From the NCBI GenBank assembly GCA_041690135.1, contig JAWLHY010000006.1, positions 294,337 through 358,336 on the forward strand: 64,000 nucleotides of DNA, given 5' to 3'. Below are positions 41,576 to 50,597 of this stretch, piece after piece. A model generated the notes under the pieces. It made no database searches. It saw nothing but the letters and a program-made list of their open reading frames with translations, and was not told the DNA's origin. Position 1 is the stretch's first letter, and each line of letters opens with the position of its first letter. This DNA comes from Armatimonadota bacterium (GTDB lineage: Bacteria; Armatimonadota; SYMT01). The position numbers were made by a program, and so were the translations under genes.

Positions 41576-43024
41576 TCATTCCGAATATCCCACTAAGGAT
41601 TTGGGAAGCTGGAAATCCGTTTCTTTGACCGCTGGGTTGTAGTCCCAGTTGTCAAGCACCACGTACAAAGCCGTGTCCCAGCCCGTAACGAGGTGGATAT
41701 CAATGACGTACTCGATCTTTCTGATCCGGCGCGTGCCAGGTTCTTGGTAGATCGTCCAACGTCGAACACGGCTGTTCTCTCGCTGGACCACTTGGAACAC
41801 CACATCCGAAGCCCCCCTATCCGGCGAGGGCTGAACAGTCACCGTAACGTTGGGCTCCTTGAGGGCTCGTTCCAGAGGGCTACGAGCGGAAAAGAAATCA
41901 AAAGGTGCAAAGTCCTCCTGGCCTTGCTCGGGAGGCCCGCTGGGAACCCGCACAACCTGACGCCCGACCCAATGACGACGCTGGATCCTGGAACCCTCTA
42001 AAATCAAGATTTCGGAAGGCGTCTTGGGGCCACGCTCAAACGGTACCAAGTCCTGTCGGAGGCTCGCGGGGGCCTGGTAGGTGTAAGTTGCGACCAGACG
42101 GGCGACTTCGTTCGCTACTGTGCTGTGCGTGGCTCGCATATACGTTCCCTGTGCCCGAACGGCATCCACGGTACGCAGTTGCCCGAGCAGCGTGCGCAAC
42201 TCCCGCTTGGCCGGCGGCCCCTGGCTTTCGCGCCAGAGGAGCCCGCCACCCACCAACAGGGCTAGAGCCCCCGCACCCCCAATCACGGCGCGGCGATCCA
42301 ACAGCAGGCGAGGCGCGTCACTGCCGGGCGCTTCCGCACGACCGCTCCCGCGCACCCGATCCATACCGGCAGGAGAGCCCTCTCCCTGGGGCAGGGCCTC
42401 CGGCGAGAGCCGCCGCAGTTCCTCCAGGATCCGGGCGGATACCGCGGCGGGCGTGGTCACATTTCCCCAGTGCGGCAGTTCCGAATCGAGGACCGACAGC
42501 GGCACCAGCGCGCCCATGTAGGGGGAGCGAGGATCGTCACTCAATAGTTTCCGCAGTCGCTTGATGGCCTCATGCACCTGGTACTGCACGGTGCCCTGCG
42601 GCAGCCCCAACACTGCGGCTGCTTCCTTATGCGTCATGCCTTCCGCCTTGACCAGGATCAAAGCCTGGTAAAGGGCTTCCGGGAGGGCGGCGAGACCGGA
42701 ATCCAGCCACAGTCGAACTAACTGGTTGCTCCGCGGATCTTCGCTTCCGCCTTCGGTTTCCAGGTCTTTGAGGGACTCCATACTGTTTGCCCGTTTTTGC
42801 CGGCGTTTGAGCCGGATATTGAGTGCGATGCGGTAGAGCCACGTCCGAACCGTTGCTTCCCCCTTGTAGCCCTCCAATCCCTGAAGGGCCCGCACCCAGG
42901 TCTCCTGCGCGAGGTCCTGCGCGTCGGCCTCATTGCCGTAGCACAAGCGAACGCAGTAACGGTAGACAGCATCCCCGTGCGCGGCGTAGAGCTCTTCGAT
43001 TGTGGGCTTCTGGTTCGGTCGCAT
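41576..43024 (-). CDS. ECF sigma factor fused to a TM helix and extracytoplasmic LolA/RseB-like domain
   Basis: Sigma2 (AQDLAQETWVRAL...VRTWLYRIALN) and sigma4 (EGMTHKEAAAVLGLPQGTV). Then TM AVIGGAGALALLVGGGLLW and a beta-rich C-terminus ending WDYNPAVKETDFQLP. Confidence 0.85.
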   Translation of the reverse strand: MRPNQKPTIEELYAAHGDAVYRYCVRLCYGNEADAQDLAQETWVRALQGLEGYKGEATVRTWLYRIALNIRLKRRQKRANSMESLKDLETEGGSEDPRSNQLVRLWLDSGLAALPEALYQALILVKAEGMTHKEAAAVLGLPQGTVQYQVHEAIKRLRKLLSDDPRSPYMGALVPLSVLDSELPHWGNVTTPAAVSARILEELRRLSPEALPQGEGSPAGMDRVRGSGRAEAPGSDAPRLLLDRRAVIGGAGALALLVGGGLLWRESQGPPAKRELRTLLGQLRTVDAVRAQGTYMRATHSTVANEVARLVATYTYQAPASLRQDLVPFERGPKTPSEILILEGSRIQRRHWVGRQVVRVPSGPPEQGQEDFAPFDFFSARSPLERALKEPNVTVTVQPSPDRGASDVVFQVVQRENSRVRRWTIYQEPGTRRIRKIEYVIDIHLVTGWDTALYVVLDNWDYNPAVKETDFQLPKSLVGYSE

Positions 43025-43049
43025 GCTATCCCTGTCAGTCTTCCGTCCG

Positions 43050-43179
43050 CTTAGATCCCCCATGGGCTCCGTTTTGTTGGGTGGGGAGAAACTTTTTTTT
43101 TCGCGGGTCGGATGGAGCGGCGGGCAGCAAAAAAAATCTCCGCCCGTACCAACAAAACGCGGGGGTCAGGGGATCTAAG
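43050..43179. promoter_or_regulatory. Back-to-back pair of identical ECF-type promoter-like motifs
   Basis: CCAACAAAACG-N9-GGGGATCTAAG on minus (43080-43050) and on plus (43149-43179), each preceded by an A8-9 tract. Confidence 0.7.
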
Positions 43180-43184
43180 GGGGC

Positions 43185-43275
43185 AGAAACCTCTTTGGCG
43201 CCGAGGAATGTGTCCCCTCAGTGCATTGGCCTCCGGATGCGGGCGTCGTCCCGCAGCTGGGGGCCTTTTTCTTTG
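43185..43275 (+). ncRNA. Candidate small RNA with C-rich loop and intrinsic terminator
   Basis: Lies downstream of the plus-strand motif. Hairpin AATGTGT-CCCCTCA-GTGCATT, then terminator GGCCTCCGG-A-TGCGGG/CCCGCA-G-CTGGGGGCC-TTTTTCTTT. Confidence 0.45.
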
Positions 43276-43484
43276 CACCCCACAGGTAGACGAAGCTTGC
43301 CCGGCTGGAGTAGCGGGGTGGCCCGCGCAGCGCGGTGGGGAAACGCCGCTAACGAAGGATCTCCGGCAGCGGCACCCACTGCCCCGGGGAGAAGAATGAT
43401 GGATCCTGCGGACCCGGCCCGCTCACTACCTTCTTACTCCCCGCGGGTTTTCAGCTATCGCGGCAGGCTCGCCGCGGGTGGACT

Positions 43485-46379
43485 TCAGAGTTCCGAAACG
43501 AAGTGGTACTCGCCCGAGCCGAGTTCGAGCACCGCACGCGCTCCGTCCATGCGCAAGAAACGCATGCCTCGAGAGTCCCGCAGATTCTTGCCGCCCTCCA
43601 TGATCCCCCTCCGGGCGGCCGAAGGCAAGTAGAGCGTGGCGGTGGTGTTCGGCGGAATCGTTCCTCTCCACTCGAACCGCTGTCCATTCAGCTTCCAGTG
43701 GGAACGAATCGGTCCGTGAAGCGAGCGATACTCCGCGTGTACCCAATCGATGGGAGCGACCTCCCCCTGGCCGCGACTACCGGAAGGGCCAGGCCGCAAG
43801 ACCAGACGACGGAAGCCGGGACCTTCGGTATCGATACCCGCCAGCGACTGGAACATCCATTCACTCACCGCGCCGAAGGAGTAGTGGCTGAAGGAGTTCA
43901 TCCCGGCGTCTCCGAAGCCCTTTTCCTTGGTATAGCTGTTCCAACGCTCCCAGATCGATGTTGCGCCATTCACGACTTCGTAGCCCCAGGAGGGGAACTG
44001 CCGGCTCTGGAGCAGTTGCAGGGCGAGATCATGCTGGCCCGTGGCGGTGAGCACCGGCAGCAGCGGCCGGGTACCCAGGAAGCCGGTAGCCATGCGGCCC
44101 CCGTTCTTGCGAATCATCTCCGCCAGACGGGCCCCGGCCTGGGCACGCTGGTTCTCCGGAAAGAGCCCTACCCACAGGGCCAGGGCATAGGCCGTCTGGG
44201 TGTCGACCCCCAGGCTGCCGTCGGGACGCAAGTAATCCTGCTGGAACCGGCCGTGAATCCGCTCAAACAGCTTGCCATACTTTTCCGCGTCGGCCGTTTT
44301 GCCCAGAGCCGCCGCGATCTCCGCCATCAGCCGGGCCGAATAGGCGAAGTAGGCGGCATCGACGTATTCGATCGGCGTCTGCTGGCCCAGCGAGAGCCAG
44401 TCGCCCCAATTGTTCCCGGCATTGGTCCCCCGCAGGTCCGGGCTGCGGCGCTGCCGGAACTCGAGGAACCGGACCATGGAGGGATAGTGCCGCTCCAGAA
44501 TTCGCGTATCCCCATAGACCTGGTAGATGGTGTACGGGCAGATGATCCCGGCGTCCGTCCAGGCGGTCCCGTAGCCTTCCGTCCCCCCGTGGTACATCGG
44601 GTAGGGGGCGTAATCCGGGTAGGCGCCGCTCTCCCGCTGGCTCTCTACCAGGTCGTCCATCCACTTGGTGAAGAAGGAGGCGACGTCGGCATGGTAGGTC
44701 GCGGCGCGCACGTAGATCTGCGCGTCGCCCGTCCAACCCAGGCGCTCGTCCCGCTGCGGGCAGTCGGTGGGAATCTCGAAGAAGTTCGCCCGCTGGGTCC
44801 ACACCACGTTCTGGAACAGACGGTTAATGACCGGATCCGAGCACTCGAAGGCGCTGGTTAGCGGGGTATCGGAGTGAAGTACGATCCCCGTTACCGCATC
44901 CGCAGTCGGCTTTCCGGGGAAGCCGGTCAACTCGACGTATTGGAAGCCGTGATAGGTGAACTGCGGCATCCAGGTCTCCCCGGCGGGATCTCCCCGGAGA
45001 ATGTACTCGTCCGTGGCCCGGGCTCTCCGGAGGTTCTCGGTCATCAGGCGACCGTCCGGATGGAGCATCTCGCCGTACCGGATTCGGACGCGGGTGCCGG
45101 CGGGGCCCTTCACCTTCAGCCGAGCCACGCCGGAAAAGTTCTGCCCCAGGTCGAAGATGTGCACGCCCGGCTGCGGCTCGGTCACGCGGACCGTCCGCAC
45201 TTCCCCCACAGCACGCACAGGTACGCCGGGGTAGGCTTGCAATCGCTTCGGCGGTACGAACCCCAACTCCACCTCTCGCTCGCCGGCCCGGTCGAAGAAC
45301 GTGGCCTTGGTGCTACCGTTCTCCGCGGCGAGGATCGCCTGCTCCCAGCCTTCCGCGACGAATCCGGTGCGATCCCAACCCGGTAGCTCCAGGCGGGCGT
45401 CGTAAGATTCGCCCATGAGCATGTCCGCTTCGCGGATCGGCTGGCGATCCGTAACTTTCCAGGTGCGATCGGTGCCGATCACTTCACGACTGCCGTCCGC
45501 GTATTCGATCTCCAGTTGAGCGCGGAAGGCGGGTGTTTTGCCGTAGAAGTAGCGCCCCACCCGGTTGGGACCATAGCCCACCAGCAGACCGTATCCGACG
45601 TACCCGCTGTACCACCCCTCCGCCACCACAGCGCCCAGGACGTTGGCGCCCGCCAGGATATCGTTAGTCACGTCGTGGGTGTGGTAATAGGCCCGCTCCC
45701 GGTAGTCCGACCAGCCGGGTGTGAAGCGCGCGTCCCCCACCCGCCGGCCGTTCAGCCGCAGCTCGTAGAGACCCAGGGCCGTAGCGTACACGGTGGCGCG
45801 GCGCACCGGCCTGGCCGCCTGGAACTCCCGGCGGTAGATGCGGGGAGCGGGAAGATACAGGTCCTTCCGGCTGGTGTGCAGCGGCGCCGTATCGCGATAA
45901 CTGATCCACTCCGCCCGCCAGTCCTCGGCTCGCAGGAGTCCCATTCCCCACTCCGCCGGCCCACTCCATGTGCCGGCTTTGCCTTTCTCGTCCCAGGCGC
46001 GCACCTTCCAGTAGCTGCGCATCCGGGAAGCAAGCGGCCGGCCCCGGTAAGCGATACCGGAACTCTGGTCGCCGGACACCCGGCCCGTATCCCACAGGTC
46101 CCCCTTTTCGTCCGCCAGCTTCTCGGGGCTCGAAGCAACGAGCACCCGGTAGGCCGTCTGTCGCCGCGCCCGCCCGTTGCCTTCCAACCGCCAGCTTAGC
46201 CGGGGCAGTGTCTCCTCGATCCCGGCCGGGTTTACCAGGTATTCGCAGCGCAGGTCTACGGGAATCAGGGCCTTACCTCCGGACGACGCCCGCCCCGCGG
46301 CCTCCCCCGGCATCCCGGCGAAAAGCGTGGCGGCACAGGCGCCGAGTGAAAACAACAGGGATGAAAAATACAGGCGCAT
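43485..46379 (-). CDS. Alpha-L-rhamnosidase, GH78
   Basis: LRCEYLVNP.GI...PRLSW, FDLGQNFSG, PQFTYHGFQY, IPTDCPQRDERLGWTGDA and GATSIWERWNS...MNSFSHY motifs. Confidence 0.95.
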   Translation of the reverse strand: MRLYFSSLLFSLGACAATLFAGMPGEAAGRASSGGKALIPVDLRCEYLVNPAGIEETLPRLSWRLEGNGRARRQTAYRVLVASSPEKLADEKGDLWDTGRVSGDQSSGIAYRGRPLASRMRSYWKVRAWDEKGKAGTWSGPAEWGMGLLRAEDWRAEWISYRDTAPLHTSRKDLYLPAPRIYRREFQAARPVRRATVYATALGLYELRLNGRRVGDARFTPGWSDYRERAYYHTHDVTNDILAGANVLGAVVAEGWYSGYVGYGLLVGYGPNRVGRYFYGKTPAFRAQLEIEYADGSREVIGTDRTWKVTDRQPIREADMLMGESYDARLELPGWDRTGFVAEGWEQAILAAENGSTKATFFDRAGEREVELGFVPPKRLQAYPGVPVRAVGEVRTVRVTEPQPGVHIFDLGQNFSGVARLKVKGPAGTRVRIRYGEMLHPDGRLMTENLRRARATDEYILRGDPAGETWMPQFTYHGFQYVELTGFPGKPTADAVTGIVLHSDTPLTSAFECSDPVINRLFQNVVWTQRANFFEIPTDCPQRDERLGWTGDAQIYVRAATYHADVASFFTKWMDDLVESQRESGAYPDYAPYPMYHGGTEGYGTAWTDAGIICPYTIYQVYGDTRILERHYPSMVRFLEFRQRRSPDLRGTNAGNNWGDWLSLGQQTPIEYVDAAYFAYSARLMAEIAAALGKTADAEKYGKLFERIHGRFQQDYLRPDGSLGVDTQTAYALALWVGLFPENQRAQAGARLAEMIRKNGGRMATGFLGTRPLLPVLTATGQHDLALQLLQSRQFPSWGYEVVNGATSIWERWNSYTKEKGFGDAGMNSFSHYSFGAVSEWMFQSLAGIDTEGPGFRRLVLRPGPSGSRGQGEVAPIDWVHAEYRSLHGPIRSHWKLNGQRFEWRGTIPPNTTATLYLPSAARRGIMEGGKNLRDSRGMRFLRMDGARAVLELGSGEYHFVSEL

Positions 46380-46756
46380 CATTACACTGGATCCGTGGAG
46401 CGTTGCGGGCAGAACGTGTTGCGTATTACGTGTTGCGTATTGCGTATTGTTGCGTGCGAGGTGGGTGCGGTGGCACGGGCTCTACCTGGGGCTGTTATGT
46501 GCAACGTGAGATGGGAGATATGAAACGTGAAATGTGAGGCATTCGTGCAAGGTTAGTATGGAGGCGAGAGGTTAGGCCTCGGGCAGGCGAGGGCCGCGTA
46601 CTGCGTGAAACTTGAGACGTGAAACATGGAGCTATGGTCGTGGGGTATGGCACGGCCGGGGCGCAGGACGCGACCTACCTGTTCTACGGTTCGACCTTCG
46701 TGTCGTGAGTCCTCGTATCAAGCAGCTAGCGCCCTCACCTTTATACGGGAAACGCA

Positions 46757-46791
46757 GTGAGGCCCGCAGGCGGGTTGCCTGCGGGCCTCAC
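46757..46791 (-). terminator. Hairpin terminator after the amidase gene
   Basis: Perfect inverted repeat GTGAGGCCCGCAGGC-GGGTT-GCCTGCGGGCCTCAC. Confidence 0.65.
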
Positions 46792-46816
46792 CATGGATTC
46801 CAGCGACCGGATGAGG

Positions 46817-48361
46817 CTACTCGCCCTGCGTTTTGAAGTAGTCCAGCACCCCCAGGGTAAGCGACTGGGCCAACTGCCCGTGGAAGTCCCCCGAGGAGAG
46901 CAGGAGCTCATCGTTCGTGTTGTTGATGTAGGCGATCTCCAGCAGCACGCTCGGCATGGTGGTCTCGCGGATCACAGCGAAGCTGCGGTTCCGGATTCCG
47001 CCGTCCCGCCGGCCCACCGTCGCTACCAGGCGCCGGTGCATCGCCACGGCCAACCGGTAGCTCTGCGGAGTGCGCCAGTACGTCTCGCTGCCGTTCGCCG
47101 AGTTGCGGCGGGGCGTGGAGTTGCAGTGGATGCTGATGAAGATATCCGCGTTGCGGGAGTTCGCGAATTTGCAGCGGTCGTCGAGGCTTACGAACACATC
47201 CGAGGTCCGCGTCATGAGCACCGTGGCCCCGCGGGCCTCCAGCGCCTGCTGGAACTGGAGAGCCATCTTGAGACAGAGGTCCTTCTCCAGGTGGTTGAGA
47301 CCCTTGGCCCCCGAATGGCGGCCACCGTGCCCCGCGTCGACACAAATGACCTTGCCCGCCAGGGTGCCGTCCACCACACTGGGAAGATCGATGCGCGGCA
47401 GGATCTCGATAGGCCCCTGCGGAAACGGCACGGGCACCGAGCCGTCCAGCCCGCCCGGCAGGACGCTGCTGCGTGAGGCCGTGCGTAGCGCCTGCGCGCG
47501 CCGGGTCCGGATGGCCGCCAGGAGACGGTCGGCCTCGGGCTCCACTTCCGCCTGACGCACCTGCGCACCACTTCCTACCGCCGCGACGATTTCCTGCGAA
47601 GTCACCTTCACCTGGGTCAGCCTTACGGCGCCGGAAGTCACCGCCAGCACCAGGCGGGCCGTCGTGGGGGTGAACTGCCCCGTCCGCGCCTCTTTCACTG
47701 TGCCCAATCCCGCTGGGACCTGCACTCCGGGAGCCCACTTCGCATTTTCGAAGTCGAGCACGATTCGATCGGGCTTGGTCAACGTCAACCAGGTCGGCGT
47801 GACAGGCAGGGCTGCCATCACCCGCACCACGATCCGGCCGCCTTCCTGCTCCAGGGAGACCCCGGTCAACTGCGTAAGTGGCGGCGCTTCGACATCCGCT
47901 CCAGCGACGGCCTTCTGCTTCTCCGGGTCGGGAACCAGGGCCATCAGGTTATTGCCCTTGTCCCACCGGATATCCAGGCCCAGCATCTGCGCGAGCCGCT
48001 TGACCGGCACGAAGCTGTTGCCGCCCATGACCAGCACGCAGGGGTGCTCGCCCGTCTCGGGGACGTCATCCCGGGAGGTGACGATCGGCCACTCCGCGAT
48101 CTTCTGCCCACCGCGATAGAAGAGGTAGTCGTCGCCCTTGCGCTGCGCCACGATTCCCAGCCGCTTCAACCCCGGGAGGATGGGTGCGTACAACTCCGGC
48201 TCATCCGCATGCCCATAGGTCATGTAGAAACGCGGAGCGCCTCCGGGAAGCGCGAGCCGGGTTCCGCTCGCCCCGATCTCCGCTTGCACCTGGGGGGCGA
48301 GGCCGACCAAGGCCAGAGCGAGACCGGCAAGAAACAGTGGGGGGATTACTCGGCGACGCAT
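46817..48361 (-). CDS. N-acetylmuramoyl-L-alanine amidase (AMIN + Amidase_3)
   Basis: PDRIVLDF (AMIN), VDAGHGG..GA, EKD, FISIHCNS and PSVLLEIAYINN motifs with a signal peptide. Confidence 0.93.
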   Translation of the reverse strand: MRRRVIPPLFLAGLALALVGLAPQVQAEIGASGTRLALPGGAPRFYMTYGHADEPELYAPILPGLKRLGIVAQRKGDDYLFYRGGQKIAEWPIVTSRDDVPETGEHPCVLVMGGNSFVPVKRLAQMLGLDIRWDKGNNLMALVPDPEKQKAVAGADVEAPPLTQLTGVSLEQEGGRIVVRVMAALPVTPTWLTLTKPDRIVLDFENAKWAPGVQVPAGLGTVKEARTGQFTPTTARLVLAVTSGAVRLTQVKVTSQEIVAAVGSGAQVRQAEVEPEADRLLAAIRTRRAQALRTASRSSVLPGGLDGSVPVPFPQGPIEILPRIDLPSVVDGTLAGKVICVDAGHGGRHSGAKGLNHLEKDLCLKMALQFQQALEARGATVLMTRTSDVFVSLDDRCKFANSRNADIFISIHCNSTPRRNSANGSETYWRTPQSYRLAVAMHRRLVATVGRRDGGIRNRSFAVIRETTMPSVLLEIAYINNTNDELLLSSGDFHGQLAQSLTLGVLDYFKTQGE

Positions 48362-48579
48362 AGGCTTGCTCCTCTCTCACAACCACTCGATCGGACGCCC
48401 GCGCGGGACGACGGCAAGAAGGCGGCTCCGGCACGACGGACCGGAGTACCTCGATTCTCGGCACGGGGTGGACGGCTCTCCAACCGAAGATGCCTTCCCG
48501 GCGCCGGCGAGCAGAAGCCTGCCCGTGCTCCCCCGTTCGGCCTCCCGCCTTCCGAGTCCTCCCTTTGGGGCGGGATGTG

Positions 48580-48939
48580 GGTACGGTTTGGCGGGGTTGG
48601 GGATCTGAGTTGCAAGTTGGAAGGTTGCAAGTTGAAGGTTAGGGACCGTGGGGTTTGCTACCGGTACGGCCCCCCGCGGGGGCTAAAGTTTGGCAGGACA
48701 GGTTCTGCGTGTACAGGTTGGAAGGTGGAAGGTGGGAGGTTGAAGGTTGGGGACCGTGGAGTCCGCTACGGGTGCGGCCCCCCGCGGGGGCTAAAGTTTG
48801 GCAGGACAGGTTCTGTGTTTACAGGTTGGAAGGTGGAAGGTTGGGAACCCCGGGGGTTCCGGGCAAGTGCGGTTTGGCACTACCGGGATCGGAGTTGCAA
48901 ATTGGAAGGTTGGAGGTTGAAGCCCCTCTGAGGCCAGGG
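48580..48939 (+). repeat. Composite repeat: 2x ~108-bp direct repeat with CCCCCCGCGGGGG palindrome and GGTTGGAAG runs
   Basis: Units start at 48643 and 48751 (GGACCGTGG...GGCCCCCCGCGGGGGCTAAAGTTTGGCAGGACAGGTTCTG). Same family as 5923 and 30951. Confidence 0.85.
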
Positions 48940-49046
48940 ATCGAGGCCCGGTTGATTCCGAGGGCCGGGAGATCGGCTGAGGGTACAGGGGTGGACCACT
49001 TGCCACGCAAGTACCGATTGATCTAGCCCGGTTTGCGTGGCGAGAA

Positions 49047-49290
49047 GGAGGTTCCCGGTAAGCGAAACATGTCCTGTCCTTGCACCCGCAAAAGTAGGGC
49101 GGAGGCTCCATCCCCGCCGGGTCTTGGTCTTGCACCCGTAGTGCCGTGTGGCCCCACTTACTACGGCATAGGGGAGCCCGCCAGACCAATGACCCACTCG
49201 GCTGTGTCTTCTTGAACGGAAGCCTGGCCGTATGGCTGAAGGATCCCGTGGCGACCACCGCACTCACGACCCGTCCCGAACACATGTCCG
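49047..49290 (+). mobile_element. Structured non-coding element, copy A (IS110 non-coding end / bridge-RNA-like, no transposase)
   Basis: 49047-49148 is about 78% identical (80/102, ungapped, by hand) to 61637-61738, with covarying stems. The IS110 assignment is from recalled architecture only. Confidence 0.5.
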
Positions 49291-49404
49291 GGTGGTAAAC
49301 CCAGTGGGCGTCGGGACCTCCCTCCGGTAGCTCGCAACCCGGGTGGTCGCGTCCCGCCCTGGCAGGCGCACTCCGGGGATGGATTCGTTCCCCCACGGAC
49401 TACG

Positions 49405-49914
49405 TCACCCGTAGTGCGGCAACCCCTGGAGCTTGTCCAGAAAACCCCGAGGATCCGTTACAAACCGTACGGCGTCTGACTGCTGGATCTCCTGAACGAG
49501 CAGTTCCAGCCGGGGTTCGATCAACATCAGGTCCGAGGTCAACAGGAGACAGTCGCCCTGTGCCGCGATGCGGCACACCGTTTCCGCCAGAGCGGGATTC
49601 CATTGCCGAAGGTCGAAGCGAACGCTGAAGTCCTCAATGGTCCTCGCGCCGTCTCCGCCCTCTTCCTCATATGCCACCTCGACGATGTCCCCATCGTATC
49701 CGCCCCACGCACGGCTGTTCTTCGACCAGTGGTCTTCTATCCGCGGCAGGACCTCGTCCAGGAGGTTCACGACGTCGTCCGACAGGGTGTGACCGCCCCA
49801 CCACTCGGTATCGGACCACCAGGTCTCCTCGTCCAGGCGCAGCGGCACTCCGCCGAGTTGCGCAAGCAGCACCCCGCGCGGAATCAGATGCAAGGAAAAC
49901 TGCCAGATCGCCAT
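49405..49914 (-). CDS. Hypothetical protein (immunity-protein-like)
   Basis: 169-aa acidic, Trp-rich ORF with ATG start and coding-like codon usage. No recognised family. Confidence 0.65.
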   Translation of the reverse strand: MAIWQFSLHLIPRGVLLAQLGGVPLRLDEETWWSDTEWWGGHTLSDDVVNLLDEVLPRIEDHWSKNSRAWGGYDGDIVEVAYEEEGGDGARTIEDFSVRFDLRQWNPALAETVCRIAAQGDCLLLTSDLMLIEPRLELLVQEIQQSDAVRFVTDPRGFLDKLQGLPHYG

Positions 49915-50135
49915 ACTTACCGTCCCGCCCGACCGATCATCAACGTCAGGGCGCCGTAGAGATGGGAGTTGGACCCCCTTGCCCTAAGCACAAAATCCAC
50001 ACAATACACAAAATCCCGGTTGCTTGTTACACAAAACCACACATAATTCGGCCAAGTCGCGCGTCATCCACGGCATCGACGCGAGCCGGCGCTACTTCAC
50101 CCCACACGGATTGGCTTTCTTCTCCAGCAAACCGG

Positions 50136-50354
50136 CTAACGCTCCCCACCAGCCAACTTTTGTTCCGCCTCCGCCAGGGCTTCTTTCAACTCCGCGAGAT
50201 CGCAAGTAGGCGGCGTCTCCGCTGATTTCGGGTAGACGGTGAGCACCAGACCCCCTTCGGCGCGCCTTCGAACGTCGCCCCAGTGGGTCCCGCCGTTCCA
50301 GATTTCCGCGACCGCCGTTTCCTCATCCACGCCCAGGAATACCGTGACTTCCAT
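50136..50354 (-). CDS. Small hypothetical protein (72 aa)
   Basis: GGAGGGG RBS before ATG and beta-beta-beta-alpha pattern (VAEIWNGGTHWGDV...LAELKEALAEAEQKL). Confidence 0.65.
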   Translation of the reverse strand: MEVTVFLGVDEETAVAEIWNGGTHWGDVRRRAEGGLVLTVYPKSAETPPTCDLAELKEALAEAEQKLAGGER

Positions 50355-50597
50355 ACCCCTCCGCCCCTTCCTGCCGCGCTACGCTTCCCCTGCCGGCACG
50401 GACGAGACGCCCGGCTGCCGGTGGGCCGCGTCGAGGGATGCAGCCATTTTCTGAAAGTAGCCGAGAACGAAGGTCCGGTTCACCCAAACCGTTTCACGCC
50501 GGAGCTCCTCCGCCGGCCGCTCCCCCCGCTGCGCGCTCTCCAGGGTCCGAAGGACGGCGCGGGCCAGGCGAGCGGACCGCGCATCAGCCTCATCATC

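Noticed and set aside
48643-48845. Possible CRISPR or attC array
   Set aside because: Only two near-identical 108-bp units with similar intervening sequence, and no integrase or cas gene.
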